From the NCBI GenBank assembly GCA_040386275.1, contig JAZKFU010000003.1, positions 46,554 to 110,553 on the forward strand: 64,000 nt of DNA. The letters are read 5' to 3'. Position 1 is the first letter of the stretch. Every line of letters starts with the position of its first letter. A model generated the notes under the pieces. The model was given only the letters and a program-made list of their open reading frames with translations. It had not been told where the DNA came from and ran no database searches. Source of the DNA: Patescibacteria group bacterium. Its GTDB lineage: Bacteria > Patescibacteriota > Minisyncoccia > Phycocordibacterales > UBA918. Positions 39,637 to 48,233 of this stretch are shown here, in pieces. The translations under genes and the position numbers were made by a program.

Positions 39637-40623
39637 ATGAGCTTAGATATTTCTCTAAAACATGTTCTAGGCATTTACCGCTCACCAAACCTTATTGTGT
39701 ATAGAAGTTTTTCTAACAAAGACACTATCACTATCATCGGTCGAGTCGTTGAAAGTATTGAAAAATCAACACCATCTTCACTTATAGGAAACGCTCTTTC
39801 ATTGCTACGTAATTACCTAGCCAAGCCGTACAATAATATTGAGGTGACTATCATTTCAGATAGTAGCATCACTAAATCCATCACCAATGTTAATGGTATT
39901 TTTGAAGTAGTAGTCCCATTTGCAGAGAATATACGCGTGAAGCTCGGGGAGAAAATTCTATCAGTGGAAATTGCGGCCTCGTCTAATAATGCCGCGTATG
40001 GAATAATCTCTGATATTGATGACACTATTCTTATTTCAAATTCGGCTCGAACATTGAAACTTCTCTATCTCCTCTTTACAAAAAATGCACACTCTCGGAA
40101 ACCCTTCCCCGGAGTGGCCGAATTCTATCAAGCCTTAGTAGAAAATAATAATCCGATTTTTTACGTATCATCAAGTGCCTGGAATATCTATAACCTTCTC
40201 ATTGAGTTCATGGAAATCAACCATATACCGAAAGGTCCGTTACTTCTAAAAGAAGTCGGTGGAGTTCGTTCCATATTCAAGACGGCGGGAAAACACGGAC
40301 ATAAAAGTGAACGCATCAAAATGATTCTTGAGAAGTATCCTCATCTACCGTTCATCCTTATTGGTGACAGTGGCCAGCGTGATGCCGAAATATACAGCCT
40401 CATCGCCAAAGAATACCCTGATAGAATAAAGGTAATTTATATCCGTGATGTAACCTTGCGTGAAAATGAAATTGTAAAAAAAGCTATTAATACCTTAGAA
40501 AATAAAGTCGAGTTGGTACTTGTAAAAACTTCAAAAGAAGCAGCCGACCACGCTCTGCAAAAAGGATATATTACAAAACGAGAGAAAGAGAATATTAAAG
40601 AGGGTGTTGTGATGGAACAGTAG
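39637..40623 (+). CDS. App1-family phosphatidate phosphatase (DUF2183)
   Basis: IISDIDDTI (DxDxT), FYVSSSAWN, P-x-GPL-x-L, ILIGDSGQ-x-D-x-EIY, IYIR. Confidence 0.9.
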   Translation: MSLDISLKHVLGIYRSPNLIVYRSFSNKDTITIIGRVVESIEKSTPSSLIGNALSLLRNYLAKPYNNIEVTIISDSSITKSITNVNGIFEVVVPFAENIRVKLGEKILSVEIAASSNNAAYGIISDIDDTILISNSARTLKLLYLLFTKNAHSRKPFPGVAEFYQALVENNNPIFYVSSSAWNIYNLLIEFMEINHIPKGPLLLKEVGGVRSIFKTAGKHGHKSERIKMILEKYPHLPFILIGDSGQRDAEIYSLIAKEYPDRIKVIYIRDVTLRENEIVKKAINTLENKVELVLVKTSKEAADHALQKGYITKREKENIKEGVVMEQ

Positions 40624-41524
40624 TTCGAGGAATAATCATGCACAATGACTGGGGAATTATCTTGTAACGTAATGGAGTCTGTAGCTTTATAACTTCCCCA
40701 TCGAGTGAAACCCATACCTTGGACTTATTAGCATGTATTTCAATCTCATCAATCGCAGTTGTCGTAAACCCTAATTGGTTCTTTACATCCATAAACAAAG
40801 AACGGAAAGCTAAAAGAAATATCCTCCATCTGCCCATCTCCTTCGCTATTGAAAGTTGAAGCTTGCCTGAAGTAAAATCCTGCCTGCTTGATAATACATC
40901 CAGTCCACCAAAATCAAATATATTGTTTCCTACAAATATGAGCGGTGTTCGCACCTTCATTTCTGAATCATTTTTTTTAATCACAAATGAATACGACGAA
41001 TATTCTTTCATACATTCATACATCGACATACCAAAAGCGGGCCATTTTTTCCATGATTTTTTCTGATAGGCTGTCCTTCGTTTTATAATTTGCGTATAAA
41101 ATCCAATACAAGAGAAGTTTACAAACGTTCGGCCGTTCACCTCAGCCGTATCAATATTGATAGTTTCACCCGTCATGACAGTGTCAAAGGCTTGAGGAAT
41201 ATTAGTACCGATACCAATATGTTTTGCAAAATGATTGAAGGTTCCTGCTGGAATGACCGCCATACGAATGGATGACCCGGTGAGGTAATTTGCAACCAAG
41301 TTAACCGTCCCATCACCCCCTACAGCAATAATGGTTCCTGGAGATAGTGACTCCACTTTTTTATCAAACATTTCTTTTTCCAGAATATCTTCAACAGATA
41401 CAGTAGTCACTTCAAAACCATATTCTGTAAGCGAGACTATCCCCTCCTCAATTTCTTTTTGTATTTTCTGCTCACCCAAAGCAAGACCAGATTTTGAGTT
41501 CCTAATAAGAAGGATAGGTTCCAT
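40595..41524 (-). CDS. Diacylglycerol kinase catalytic-domain lipid kinase (YegS/DgkB-like)
   Basis: N-x-KSG, GGDGTVN, IPAGTFNHFAK, FVGNN, LDGE. Confidence 0.9.
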   Translation of the reverse strand: MEPILLIRNSKSGLALGEQKIQKEIEEGIVSLTEYGFEVTTVSVEDILEKEMFDKKVESLSPGTIIAVGGDGTVNLVANYLTGSSIRMAVIPAGTFNHFAKHIGIGTNIPQAFDTVMTGETINIDTAEVNGRTFVNFSCIGFYTQIIKRRTAYQKKSWKKWPAFGMSMYECMKEYSSYSFVIKKNDSEMKVRTPLIFVGNNIFDFGGLDVLSSRQDFTSGKLQLSIAKEMGRWRIFLLAFRSLFMDVKNQLGFTTTAIDEIEIHANKSKVWVSLDGEVIKLQTPLRYKIIPQSLCMIIPRTTVPSQHPL

Positions 41525-41612
41525 ATAAATTTATTGTAACATTTTGGCGTACCACATTGGCCTTATGGGACGATGTTAGAACTTTTTTAATTGAAAACAA
41601 CTAGTATATAGA

Positions 41613-41768
41613 GCTGCCGATCAGGGACTCGAAGCTATACAGCTTCAGTACACCTTGTCGCTCATTTGTTTCCTATCGTAACAAAAGAGCTGGCAAGGTC
41701 TTCGAGTCCCTAATCGGACTAGCAATGGCAAAGGCCACAAATGTATTCACATTTGTGGCCTGCCTTTG
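41613..41768 (-). repeat. tRNA-Gln 3'-associated element (inverted and direct copies of the tRNA 3' end around a structured core)
   Basis: GCTGCCGATCAGGGACTCGAA occurs at 41613-41633 and 41768-41788. Degenerate inverted copy at 41701-41725; core at 41634-41700. Confidence 0.8.
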
Positions 41769-41839
41769 CTGCCGATCAGGGACTCGAACCCCAATGACTT
41801 CCTCCAGAGGGAAGCATCCTACCATTAGATGAATCGGCA
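41769..41839 (-). tRNA. tRNA-Gln (CTG)
   Basis: Cloverleaf TGCCGAT...ATCGGCA, anticodon arm CTTCC-CTCTGGA-GGAAG, T-loop GGTTCGAGTCC. CCA is not encoded. Confidence 0.93.
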
Positions 41840-41849
41840 AAATTTTGTA

Positions 41850-41998
41850 AGTACGAGGTTAAACCTCGTACTTTTTCTTTTAATTTGGTTTGAAAGCGGT
41901 GGCTCTATAGTGCCAGAAATTGGGGAAGTTTCAAGGTAAGGATGTTTGGTTGGTACAAGATGGAGGGGTAACAAGTTCGAGGTCTCGCCTCGAACTTG
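41850..41998. repeat. Two related short REP-like palindromes
   Basis: AAGTACGAGGTTAAACCTCGTACTT (~41850) and CAAGTTCGAGGTCTCGCCTCGAACTTG (~41972) share an AAGT-x-CGAGG...CCTCG-x-ACTT stem. Confidence 0.5.
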
Positions 41999-42000
41999 GA

Positions 42001-42633
42001 TTAAGTGTGGTGTAATAATTTCCAGCCGGTTTTGTGGTGTTTTTGTTGGTTCTCAGTGGGTTTTGTGTAGCGGACGTGGGTTACGCTGCTGTTGCGCATT
42101 TTTAGGATTTTGAAGAAGAGAATGAAGGCGCGCCAGAGATTTAGTTTTTCGGGGTGAACCATGTGTTCGGTGAAGAAATTAATGAAGACTGAGTGTGAGA
42201 CTATTACCACCTCACTATCGTCGGGCATTTTTTCTAGATGACGACGAGCATGCCCGAGACGATGGACAAAACTGGCGTAGGTTTCGCCGTCATGCATTGA
42301 GCTTTTTTTGTAGCCTAAAAACCACGCTATCATATATGATAGCGCCTTGAATCCAGTCAGTCGCTCCCCTACTAATGATTTTGGTTGGTGGAGTTCTTCA
42401 AACGGTGGGTAGGTTTCCGGAGTAAGTCCGGTAAGCTCTGCGATATACGACGCACTTTGAATAGCGCGCACGTTGGTGCTTACAATAATGTGAGTGGGTT
42501 TTTTGGCAGCGACTTTGATGGCGGCGGTTTTGGCTTGGGCTGTCCCCACTTCATTTAATTTTGTTTCCGGGTGCTGATGTCTGTTAGCAACATTGCCATC
42601 AGTGCGTCCGTGCCGTACGAGATAAACTTCCAT
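42001..42633 (-). CDS. Histidine phosphatase (phosphoglycerate mutase family)
   Basis: YLVRHG-x-T, RA-x-QSA, GET, IVSH motifs. Confidence 0.88.
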   Translation of the reverse strand: MEVYLVRHGRTDGNVANRHQHPETKLNEVGTAQAKTAAIKVAAKKPTHIIVSTNVRAIQSASYIAELTGLTPETYPPFEELHQPKSLVGERLTGFKALSYMIAWFLGYKKSSMHDGETYASFVHRLGHARRHLEKMPDDSEVVIVSHSVFINFFTEHMVHPEKLNLWRAFILFFKILKMRNSSVTHVRYTKPTENQQKHHKTGWKLLHHT

Positions 42634-42635
42634 AC

Positions 42636-43676
42636 CTACACAGACGCGGCAGTTGCTTCAACTATCATTACTTCTAGTGGTAACTGCGGGAGAGGGCTTT
42701 TGGTAGTTTGATCACAGACTGTAAGGAGCTTGAGGAGCATATGTGAATTTAATGGAGTTGTAGCAGACGCTGCGATAGTGGTTAAAGTAGTACGAATGGA
42801 TTCGCTAAATGACGCGATGATGACGTCTTTTTGTTCGGGACGATTACGCAGTAACATTACAGCCCGCACGTGCTCGAGTACCACGCGCACCAGTAGCTTC
42901 ATCTCTACATGACTCGTGACTGCAGCCTCAACCGCCGCTAAAGCGGCGTCAGTTTTTTTCTCGTGCAATGCCGTGAGCAACGCCTCGATAATCGCGAGTT
43001 TCGGCGCACCGATAATGGCTGCTACTTCATCACTACTACCAATCGTGTCGCCTGACGCCATGATGACTTTTTGGGTAATACCTAAGGCATCACGAAACGA
43101 TCCGTCAGCGGCTACGGCAATTAAATCAGCGGCATCGGGACTAAGGATAAATCCTTCACGTGAAGCAACGTCTGTGACGGTAGCTGAAAGAATAGTACGG
43201 GTGGGAGCGCGGAGTTTAAAGACCTGCAATCGTGACAAAATAGTGTCTGGCAACTTTTCTTCCTCGGTCGTGGCGAGCATAAAGACTACATGCGCGGGTG
43301 GCTCTTCGAGGGTCTTTAATAACGCGTTAAACGCCTCTTTGGTGAGCATGTGGACCTCGTCGATGATGTATACCTTGTACTTTGATTCAAAGGGTACCGT
43401 ATGCACGGCTTCGCGTAGTTCACGAATGTCATCAATCCCCCGGTTACTAGCGGCGTCAATTTCGTAGAGGTCAACGGCACTTGTGCCTATCTCGCGCGCA
43501 AAGATGCGTGCAAGCGTCGTTTTACCGGTTCCGCGGGAGCCAGAAAATAAGACGGCGTGCGGAATAGATTTTTTGGCAATGGCACCTTTAAGGACGGTCA
43601 CGATGTGTTCCTGGTCACGGACTTCATCAAAGGTGTTGGGGCGATATTTACGATAGAGGGCTGCGTGTTCTGGCAT
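42636..43676 (-). CDS. dnaX: DNA polymerase III subunit gamma/tau
   Basis: ALYRKYRP, GSRGTGKTT, EIDAASNRG, IIDEVHML, NALLKTLEEPP. Confidence 0.95.
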   Translation of the reverse strand: MPEHAALYRKYRPNTFDEVRDQEHIVTVLKGAIAKKSIPHAVLFSGSRGTGKTTLARIFAREIGTSAVDLYEIDAASNRGIDDIRELREAVHTVPFESKYKVYIIDEVHMLTKEAFNALLKTLEEPPAHVVFMLATTEEEKLPDTILSRLQVFKLRAPTRTILSATVTDVASREGFILSPDAADLIAVAADGSFRDALGITQKVIMASGDTIGSSDEVAAIIGAPKLAIIEALLTALHEKKTDAALAAVEAAVTSHVEMKLLVRVVLEHVRAVMLLRNRPEQKDVIIASFSESIRTTLTTIAASATTPLNSHMLLKLLTVCDQTTKSPLPQLPLEVMIVEATAASV

Positions 43677-43693
43677 TCTTTGATTATAGCAGA

Positions 43694-44560
43694 TTAGTTT
43701 TCAGTTGCAGAATTGTGGACACTATCGCGTAATATTTGCATGTCAGCTTTGAGATTAGTACTACCTAAAATGATATATCCCAGGGTGAGGGTGCGACCAT
43801 CAATTTCTTCGTTAAATACAGCGACGGCGGTGCGGCCAGCGGCAGTGGTGTATCCATGTTTACCCCCTTTATACCCCTCTAACCCCACAAACGGATTGTT
43901 ATTCATCCAACCAGTCTGCGTTCCGATATATTGGGGCAGTAAGGTAATATCAAACACATGAGGTTGGTTGCGGTAGACAGAAGCAACGAGCACCTGCAAA
44001 TCATTAACGGTAGAAACGGTATCATCGCTAAATCCTGACGGGTCGGTAAAGAGTGTGTCGGTTGCGCCCACTGACTGACTGAGCGTATTCATTTTTTCCA
44101 GTATTACACCCTTTGAGGCCCGCCCTAACGTTGCAGCGGCATCATTGGAGGACTCAAGCAGTAACGGGAACAAAAGTTCCTGGTAAGAATATTCATCCCC
44201 ATGAGTTAGTTTCCCTGCTCCCCCTTCGGCTTCTAAATCGGCAAAGTGAATAGTAGTCGTAGCATTAAGCGGACCGTGAGATACCAACGCCGCTCCCGCA
44301 AATAATTTAGCCACGGAAGCTATCGGCACGATAGTGTCTTTGCCACCTGCCACAAGCATCGCACCACTAGATACATCAAACACACCAAAGGTAGTGGTGG
44401 TCAGTTCGGGAGTTACTACAATAACGGGCAAGGGGGTGGTCGCTGATATGGCCAATTGTTTACTGACCCCATCGTGGTGCAAAGAAAAAACCCCAATCAA
44501 AAACACCATGATGGAAACAAAGACAGCCACATGCGTATAAAACCAAAAGCGACGAATCAT
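43694..44560 (-). CDS. D-alanyl-D-alanine carboxypeptidase (peptidase S11)
   Basis: PIASVAK (SxxK), SSNDAA (SxN), GGKHGYT (KTG-like); N-terminal TM. Confidence 0.8.
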   Translation of the reverse strand: MIRRFWFYTHVAVFVSIMVFLIGVFSLHHDGVSKQLAISATTPLPVIVVTPELTTTTFGVFDVSSGAMLVAGGKDTIVPIASVAKLFAGAALVSHGPLNATTTIHFADLEAEGGAGKLTHGDEYSYQELLFPLLLESSNDAAATLGRASKGVILEKMNTLSQSVGATDTLFTDPSGFSDDTVSTVNDLQVLVASVYRNQPHVFDITLLPQYIGTQTGWMNNNPFVGLEGYKGGKHGYTTAAGRTAVAVFNEEIDGRTLTLGYIILGSTNLKADMQILRDSVHNSATEN

Positions 44561-44607
44561 TACGTTCTATGATACCACTCGCACGGAATGTATGAAGAAC
44601 GGTAATA

Positions 44608-44646
44608 AACAAATACACAGGCACCATGTGTGCCTGTGTATTTGTT
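44608..44646 (-). terminator. Intrinsic terminator
   Basis: 17-bp stem AACAAATACACAGGCAC / GTGCCTGTGTATTTGTT downstream of 44662-45120. Confidence 0.6.
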
Positions 44647-44661
44647 GTATGGTTACTATAA

Positions 44662-45120
44662 TTATTCAGCTTTCTTCGCTGGAGCTTTCTTTGCAGCAGT
44701 TTTCTTAGCGGGAGCAGCTTTTTTAGCTGGAGCTGCTTTCTTTACCGCTTTGGCTACCGCTTTTTTCTTTGGGGCCGCTTCTTTTTCAATTTTATTCCAA
44801 TAGTCTTTCATTTCTTTTTTGAATCCAGAAATGTCGACTTTAGAGGCTTGTTTCATGTCGGTGTATACACCGGCTACGGTATCAATTACTTGTTCGTATT
44901 CTTCTTTAGACATTTGTTTGGCTTGCTCAAGCTTTTCGAGAACTTCAGCTTTGGCTTTAAGCGCCCAACTCTTTACCACCTGTCGATTTTTACTAGCGCC
45001 TTTACTTCCGTACAAAAAGTACGTTCCGGCTGCTGCGACGGCAGCTGCAGTTAAGCCAACTCCCAAACCAATTTTTTGTCCGTCAGTTAACACTTCTCCG
45101 TTTGATTTTTTTGTTGCCAT
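44662..45120 (-). CDS. Hypothetical protein with hydrophobic N-terminal helix and histone-H1-like Lys/Ala/Pro tail
   Basis: GLGVGLTAAAVAAAGTYFLYG, then a coiled coil, then KKAAPA repeats. Confidence 0.8.
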   Translation of the reverse strand: MATKKSNGEVLTDGQKIGLGVGLTAAAVAAAGTYFLYGSKGASKNRQVVKSWALKAKAEVLEKLEQAKQMSKEEYEQVIDTVAGVYTDMKQASKVDISGFKKEMKDYWNKIEKEAAPKKKAVAKAVKKAAPAKKAAPAKKTAAKKAPAKKAE

Positions 45121-45130
45121 ATAAACAATA

Positions 45131-45448
45131 TTATTCTTTATCAGTTATAACAAGTTCTTTTTTAACGCGTGAGGAACGACTTTTGCGACCACCGCCTGAA
45201 AAGCGCGTCGCAAAACGAATGAGATGCGAGAGTATGCCTCCATTTGCAACAAAGGCACGCGCAGCGCTAATATCTTCCGCAATCAAATCACTACCCGCCT
45301 CAATTTTGGATAAAATTGCGCGAATAGAAGAAATAATTTTTATGACTCCATACATTGCAATGAATACCATAATTGAAAAAATTATAGTCGCAATGCTTGC
45401 AATCAAGAAGAAAATATTCGCATGCAAAATCTCTGACATCATTATCAT
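45131..45448 (-). CDS. Hypothetical membrane protein
   Basis: ANIFFLIASIA TM segment and a basic C-terminus; co-oriented with its neighbours. Confidence 0.7.
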   Translation of the reverse strand: MIMMSEILHANIFFLIASIATIIFSIMVFIAMYGVIKIISSIRAILSKIEAGSDLIAEDISAARAFVANGGILSHLIRFATRFSGGGRKSRSSRVKKELVITDKE

Positions 45449-45507
45449 TATACTATACCGACAGATATTACTTAAATTATTTCGGGGACAAAATATTTTT
45501 TACACTA

Positions 45508-46605
45508 CTACAGAGAGTGTTGGGCGAGAAATTTTGCTACGACCGCCTCGACTTCGCTTGGGGTATCTTGCGCCATTAATTCTTGTCGCAGCGGGACGGC
45601 ACCCGGAAATCCGTTTACGTACGCTTTGTAGTGTTTTTTCATCACGGAGAAATTTTTGTGGGGTAATAATTCACAAAAGAGATAACTATGCTCCACCATC
45701 ACCCGCAACCGTTCCGGGATTGAAACGTACTCAACGGTAGTATCAGACGTATCGTTAGCTGAAATATCTTCCAAGGGCACCCCATGGGTAGGCAACACTT
45801 TAAACCGTAAGGGCAAGCCTTTGGTCGGGTGGAAAAACCACGGGTTACCAAATAACGCCCGCCCCACCATCGCTCCATCAGCGCCTGAGTAATTAATTTT
45901 AGCCAAAGCATCAGCTTGTGATAAAACGTCTCCATTGCCAATAATTTTAGTTTCGGGCGCGAGCTCGTTTCGTAATTCAACGACGCGCTTCACCCGTTCC
46001 CACCGTGCGGGCACCTTACTCATATCTTTGCGCGTACGGGCGTGCACAGACAATGCAGCAACATGTTCGTTAAGTAACACCGGAATCCAATCTTCTATTT
46101 GATCTTGGTTGTACCCCAGTCGCGTTTTTACCGATACCGGAATTCCTCCGTCGTCACTTTTAGCCCCACGTTTGGCGGCCCGAATAATTTCCACTGCTAA
46201 TTCGGGGGTTTTTATCATCGCCGCTCCACACCCTTGATCGATTATCGCTCCAGCCGGACACCCCATATTTATATCCACGCCATCAAACCCTAATTCAAGA
46301 CACAGCGCAGCTGCATACTCCATATGCTCTGGGTTACGGGTAAAAAGCTGGGCGACTAACGGGCGCTCTATTTCGCTATAGAGCAGGTCCATCATGAGTT
46401 TCTTTTTTCCTTCCGGGGTAGCCCGGACCAATCCGTCAGCGGCGACAAATTCCGTCCACATCACATCAGGACCACCCACAGTGCCGTCGGCTCTAGTATG
46501 CCGGGAATAGGTGGCTATCATTTTTCTGAAGGCAGCATCAGTCACATCCGCCATCGGCGCTACAGCGAGAATGGGAGTATGTATGCTCTGCCAAAAATTA
46601 CTCAT
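45508..46605 (-). CDS. dus: tRNA-dihydrouridine synthase
   Basis: APMADVTD, DINMGCP, SVKTRLG, VHARTR, GNGDV, MVGR, KKHYKAY. Likely start MSNFW at 46605. Confidence 0.93.
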   Translation of the reverse strand: MSNFWQSIHTPILAVAPMADVTDAAFRKMIATYSRHTRADGTVGGPDVMWTEFVAADGLVRATPEGKKKLMMDLLYSEIERPLVAQLFTRNPEHMEYAAALCLELGFDGVDINMGCPAGAIIDQGCGAAMIKTPELAVEIIRAAKRGAKSDDGGIPVSVKTRLGYNQDQIEDWIPVLLNEHVAALSVHARTRKDMSKVPARWERVKRVVELRNELAPETKIIGNGDVLSQADALAKINYSGADGAMVGRALFGNPWFFHPTKGLPLRFKVLPTHGVPLEDISANDTSDTTVEYVSIPERLRVMVEHSYLFCELLPHKNFSVMKKHYKAYVNGFPGAVPLRQELMAQDTPSEVEAVVAKFLAQHSL

Positions 46606-46673
46606 AGTGTTTGCGAAAGCTTTGCTTGCAGTGTACTGTACAAGAAGAAACGATAAACGCAAGGGACAAAGGG

Positions 46674-46910
46674 ATGAGTAAACTAGAAGTAGCCAAGGCA
46701 ACCGTACTGGCAACTGCCTCAGGATTCAGTACCTACTTTACCCTCAAAGGATTTGCCGATCTCCTGCAAATCTACGTATTTCAAATTCTTGGTCTCTATT
46801 TTTTAATCAAGTTTTTGTTGGTCGCATCTCATGGCATATTTTGCCTTCTCGGTGAAAAAGGTGGCGAGGAATTTCAAGAATATGCCTGTCGGATTCTTAA
46901 AATCAAATAA
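46674..46910 (+). CDS. Hypothetical small membrane protein
   Basis: 78 aa from ATG 46674 with a purine-rich leader. It fills the gap between dus and the ftsQ-like gene. Confidence 0.45.
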   Translation: MSKLEVAKATVLATASGFSTYFTLKGFADLLQIYVFQILGLYFLIKFLLVASHGIFCLLGEKGGEEFQEYACRILKIK

Positions 46911-46950
46911 ACTCCTTTGAGCTCGCCATAGCAGACTATGGCGGGCTTTT

Positions 46951-47916
46951 TTATACGGGCAACTCTTCTTCAGCCGGACGTGGCGGGAGTGCTGGTGTAG
47001 CGGCGGGAACAATTTGTTTTTTGGTACTGTCTTCAGTTACTGGTTGTGTTGTCGTAGCAGTGGTAGTGCCGACTCCACCCACCTCTTCATTTACAAACAC
47101 TTTGTTACCAAAGCGCAAATCAATGTACTGAAAATTACCAGGTCTAATATCGCTAAACTCTTTTGATGCTAAAATGGTACGCAGGTTATCAAAAACTTTT
47201 TGCGCATCATCCTTTAAGGTGGCTTTAAATTCTCCTCCGCCACCCACGATATAAAATACATCCCCCGCTGTATCGGTTTCAATTTGTGTGATAGCAAAGG
47301 GCAGATTTGATTCTACCAAACTTACAAACGTCTCCATCGTGGTGAGTTCTGTTGGCTCGGCCATCGAAGCGCCCACTTTCATATCTCGGCCTAGGGTTCG
47401 GTATCGTAAAAATGCTCCCCCGGATAATTTTGGAGCAGCTCCAAACGCATAGCCCGTGATATCAACAAAGACACAGTCACTACTGGTTCTATCCGCACAC
47501 CACAGCGCGTACGGTTGGTACTCGTCAAAACTTATAGTGAGTAACCGACCACCGTCACGTTCAACAATGGGATTTTTCATCCGGGGAATTTCAGAAATTG
47601 CTTTTACAATCTCTGTTTGCGGGTACCACCAGGCAAATTTCCGCGGAATAATGCCGAGGTACGTCCCTTCTAACTTTTCGCGCGCCAATTTTTCTACCAC
47701 CGTATGAGGAATAGTTTCTCCCCCCGCTACCGCAACCTCAGTAATCGTTAAAAACGAAACCCGGGTGCCGTACCATACGACACTAACTAAAAACCCCAAT
47801 ATGATAAATAGCAATAGCCCAAACGCCAGCTGCTTGAGCAGCATAATTTTACTTGGATCAACTACTCTTCGTTTGACCTTACCTTTTTTGTGAACGGCAC
47901 TCGTCTTTTTGAACAT
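46951..47916 (-). CDS. Cell division protein FtsQ/DivIB-like
   Basis: Basic N-terminus, one TM, POTRA-like region, C-terminal YIDLRFGNKVF. Confidence 0.75.
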   Translation of the reverse strand: MFKKTSAVHKKGKVKRRVVDPSKIMLLKQLAFGLLLFIILGFLVSVVWYGTRVSFLTITEVAVAGGETIPHTVVEKLAREKLEGTYLGIIPRKFAWWYPQTEIVKAISEIPRMKNPIVERDGGRLLTISFDEYQPYALWCADRTSSDCVFVDITGYAFGAAPKLSGGAFLRYRTLGRDMKVGASMAEPTELTTMETFVSLVESNLPFAITQIETDTAGDVFYIVGGGGEFKATLKDDAQKVFDNLRTILASKEFSDIRPGNFQYIDLRFGNKVFVNEEVGGVGTTTATTTQPVTEDSTKKQIVPAATPALPPRPAEEELPV

Positions 47917-47974
47917 TGCCTCTATGCTATCACATCTCTCTGCGTGCGCAGTAACTTAAAGGTCTTACTTTCGA

Positions 47975-48232
47975 TTAAAATTGAGGTACGTAATCCGCGA
48001 TCGCAATCACAAAAAACAAGAAAGAGAGGACATACATGGATCCTTTGATAAACGTTGAGCGTCTGACCGTTGGTCTAAACGCTTCAATGGTAAAGAACAC
48101 TGACCCAGCCAATTGAATAAGTAAATTAAGGCCTGAGTCTTGCGCTATAACTGACCAGTTAACCAAGTTCCAACTAATTAAGAGAATCATCACCCCAATA
48201 ATCCCCCACCACTGGAATGCAAATAAAGACAT
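47975..48232 (-). CDS. Hypothetical small membrane protein
   Basis: ATG 48232 directly after the serS stop; 3 hydrophobic segments. Confidence 0.55.
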   Translation of the reverse strand: MSLFAFQWWGIIGVMILLISWNLVNWSVIAQDSGLNLLIQLAGSVFFTIEAFRPTVRRSTFIKGSMYVLSFLFFVIAIADYVPQF

Positions 48233-48233
48233 A

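Noticed and set aside
41613-41788. tRNA 3' duplications as attL/attR of a large integrated island, or as tRNA introns
   Set aside because: The copies are only 128-155 bp apart with no genes between them, and each proximal tRNA is already complete. An island remnant cannot be fully excluded.
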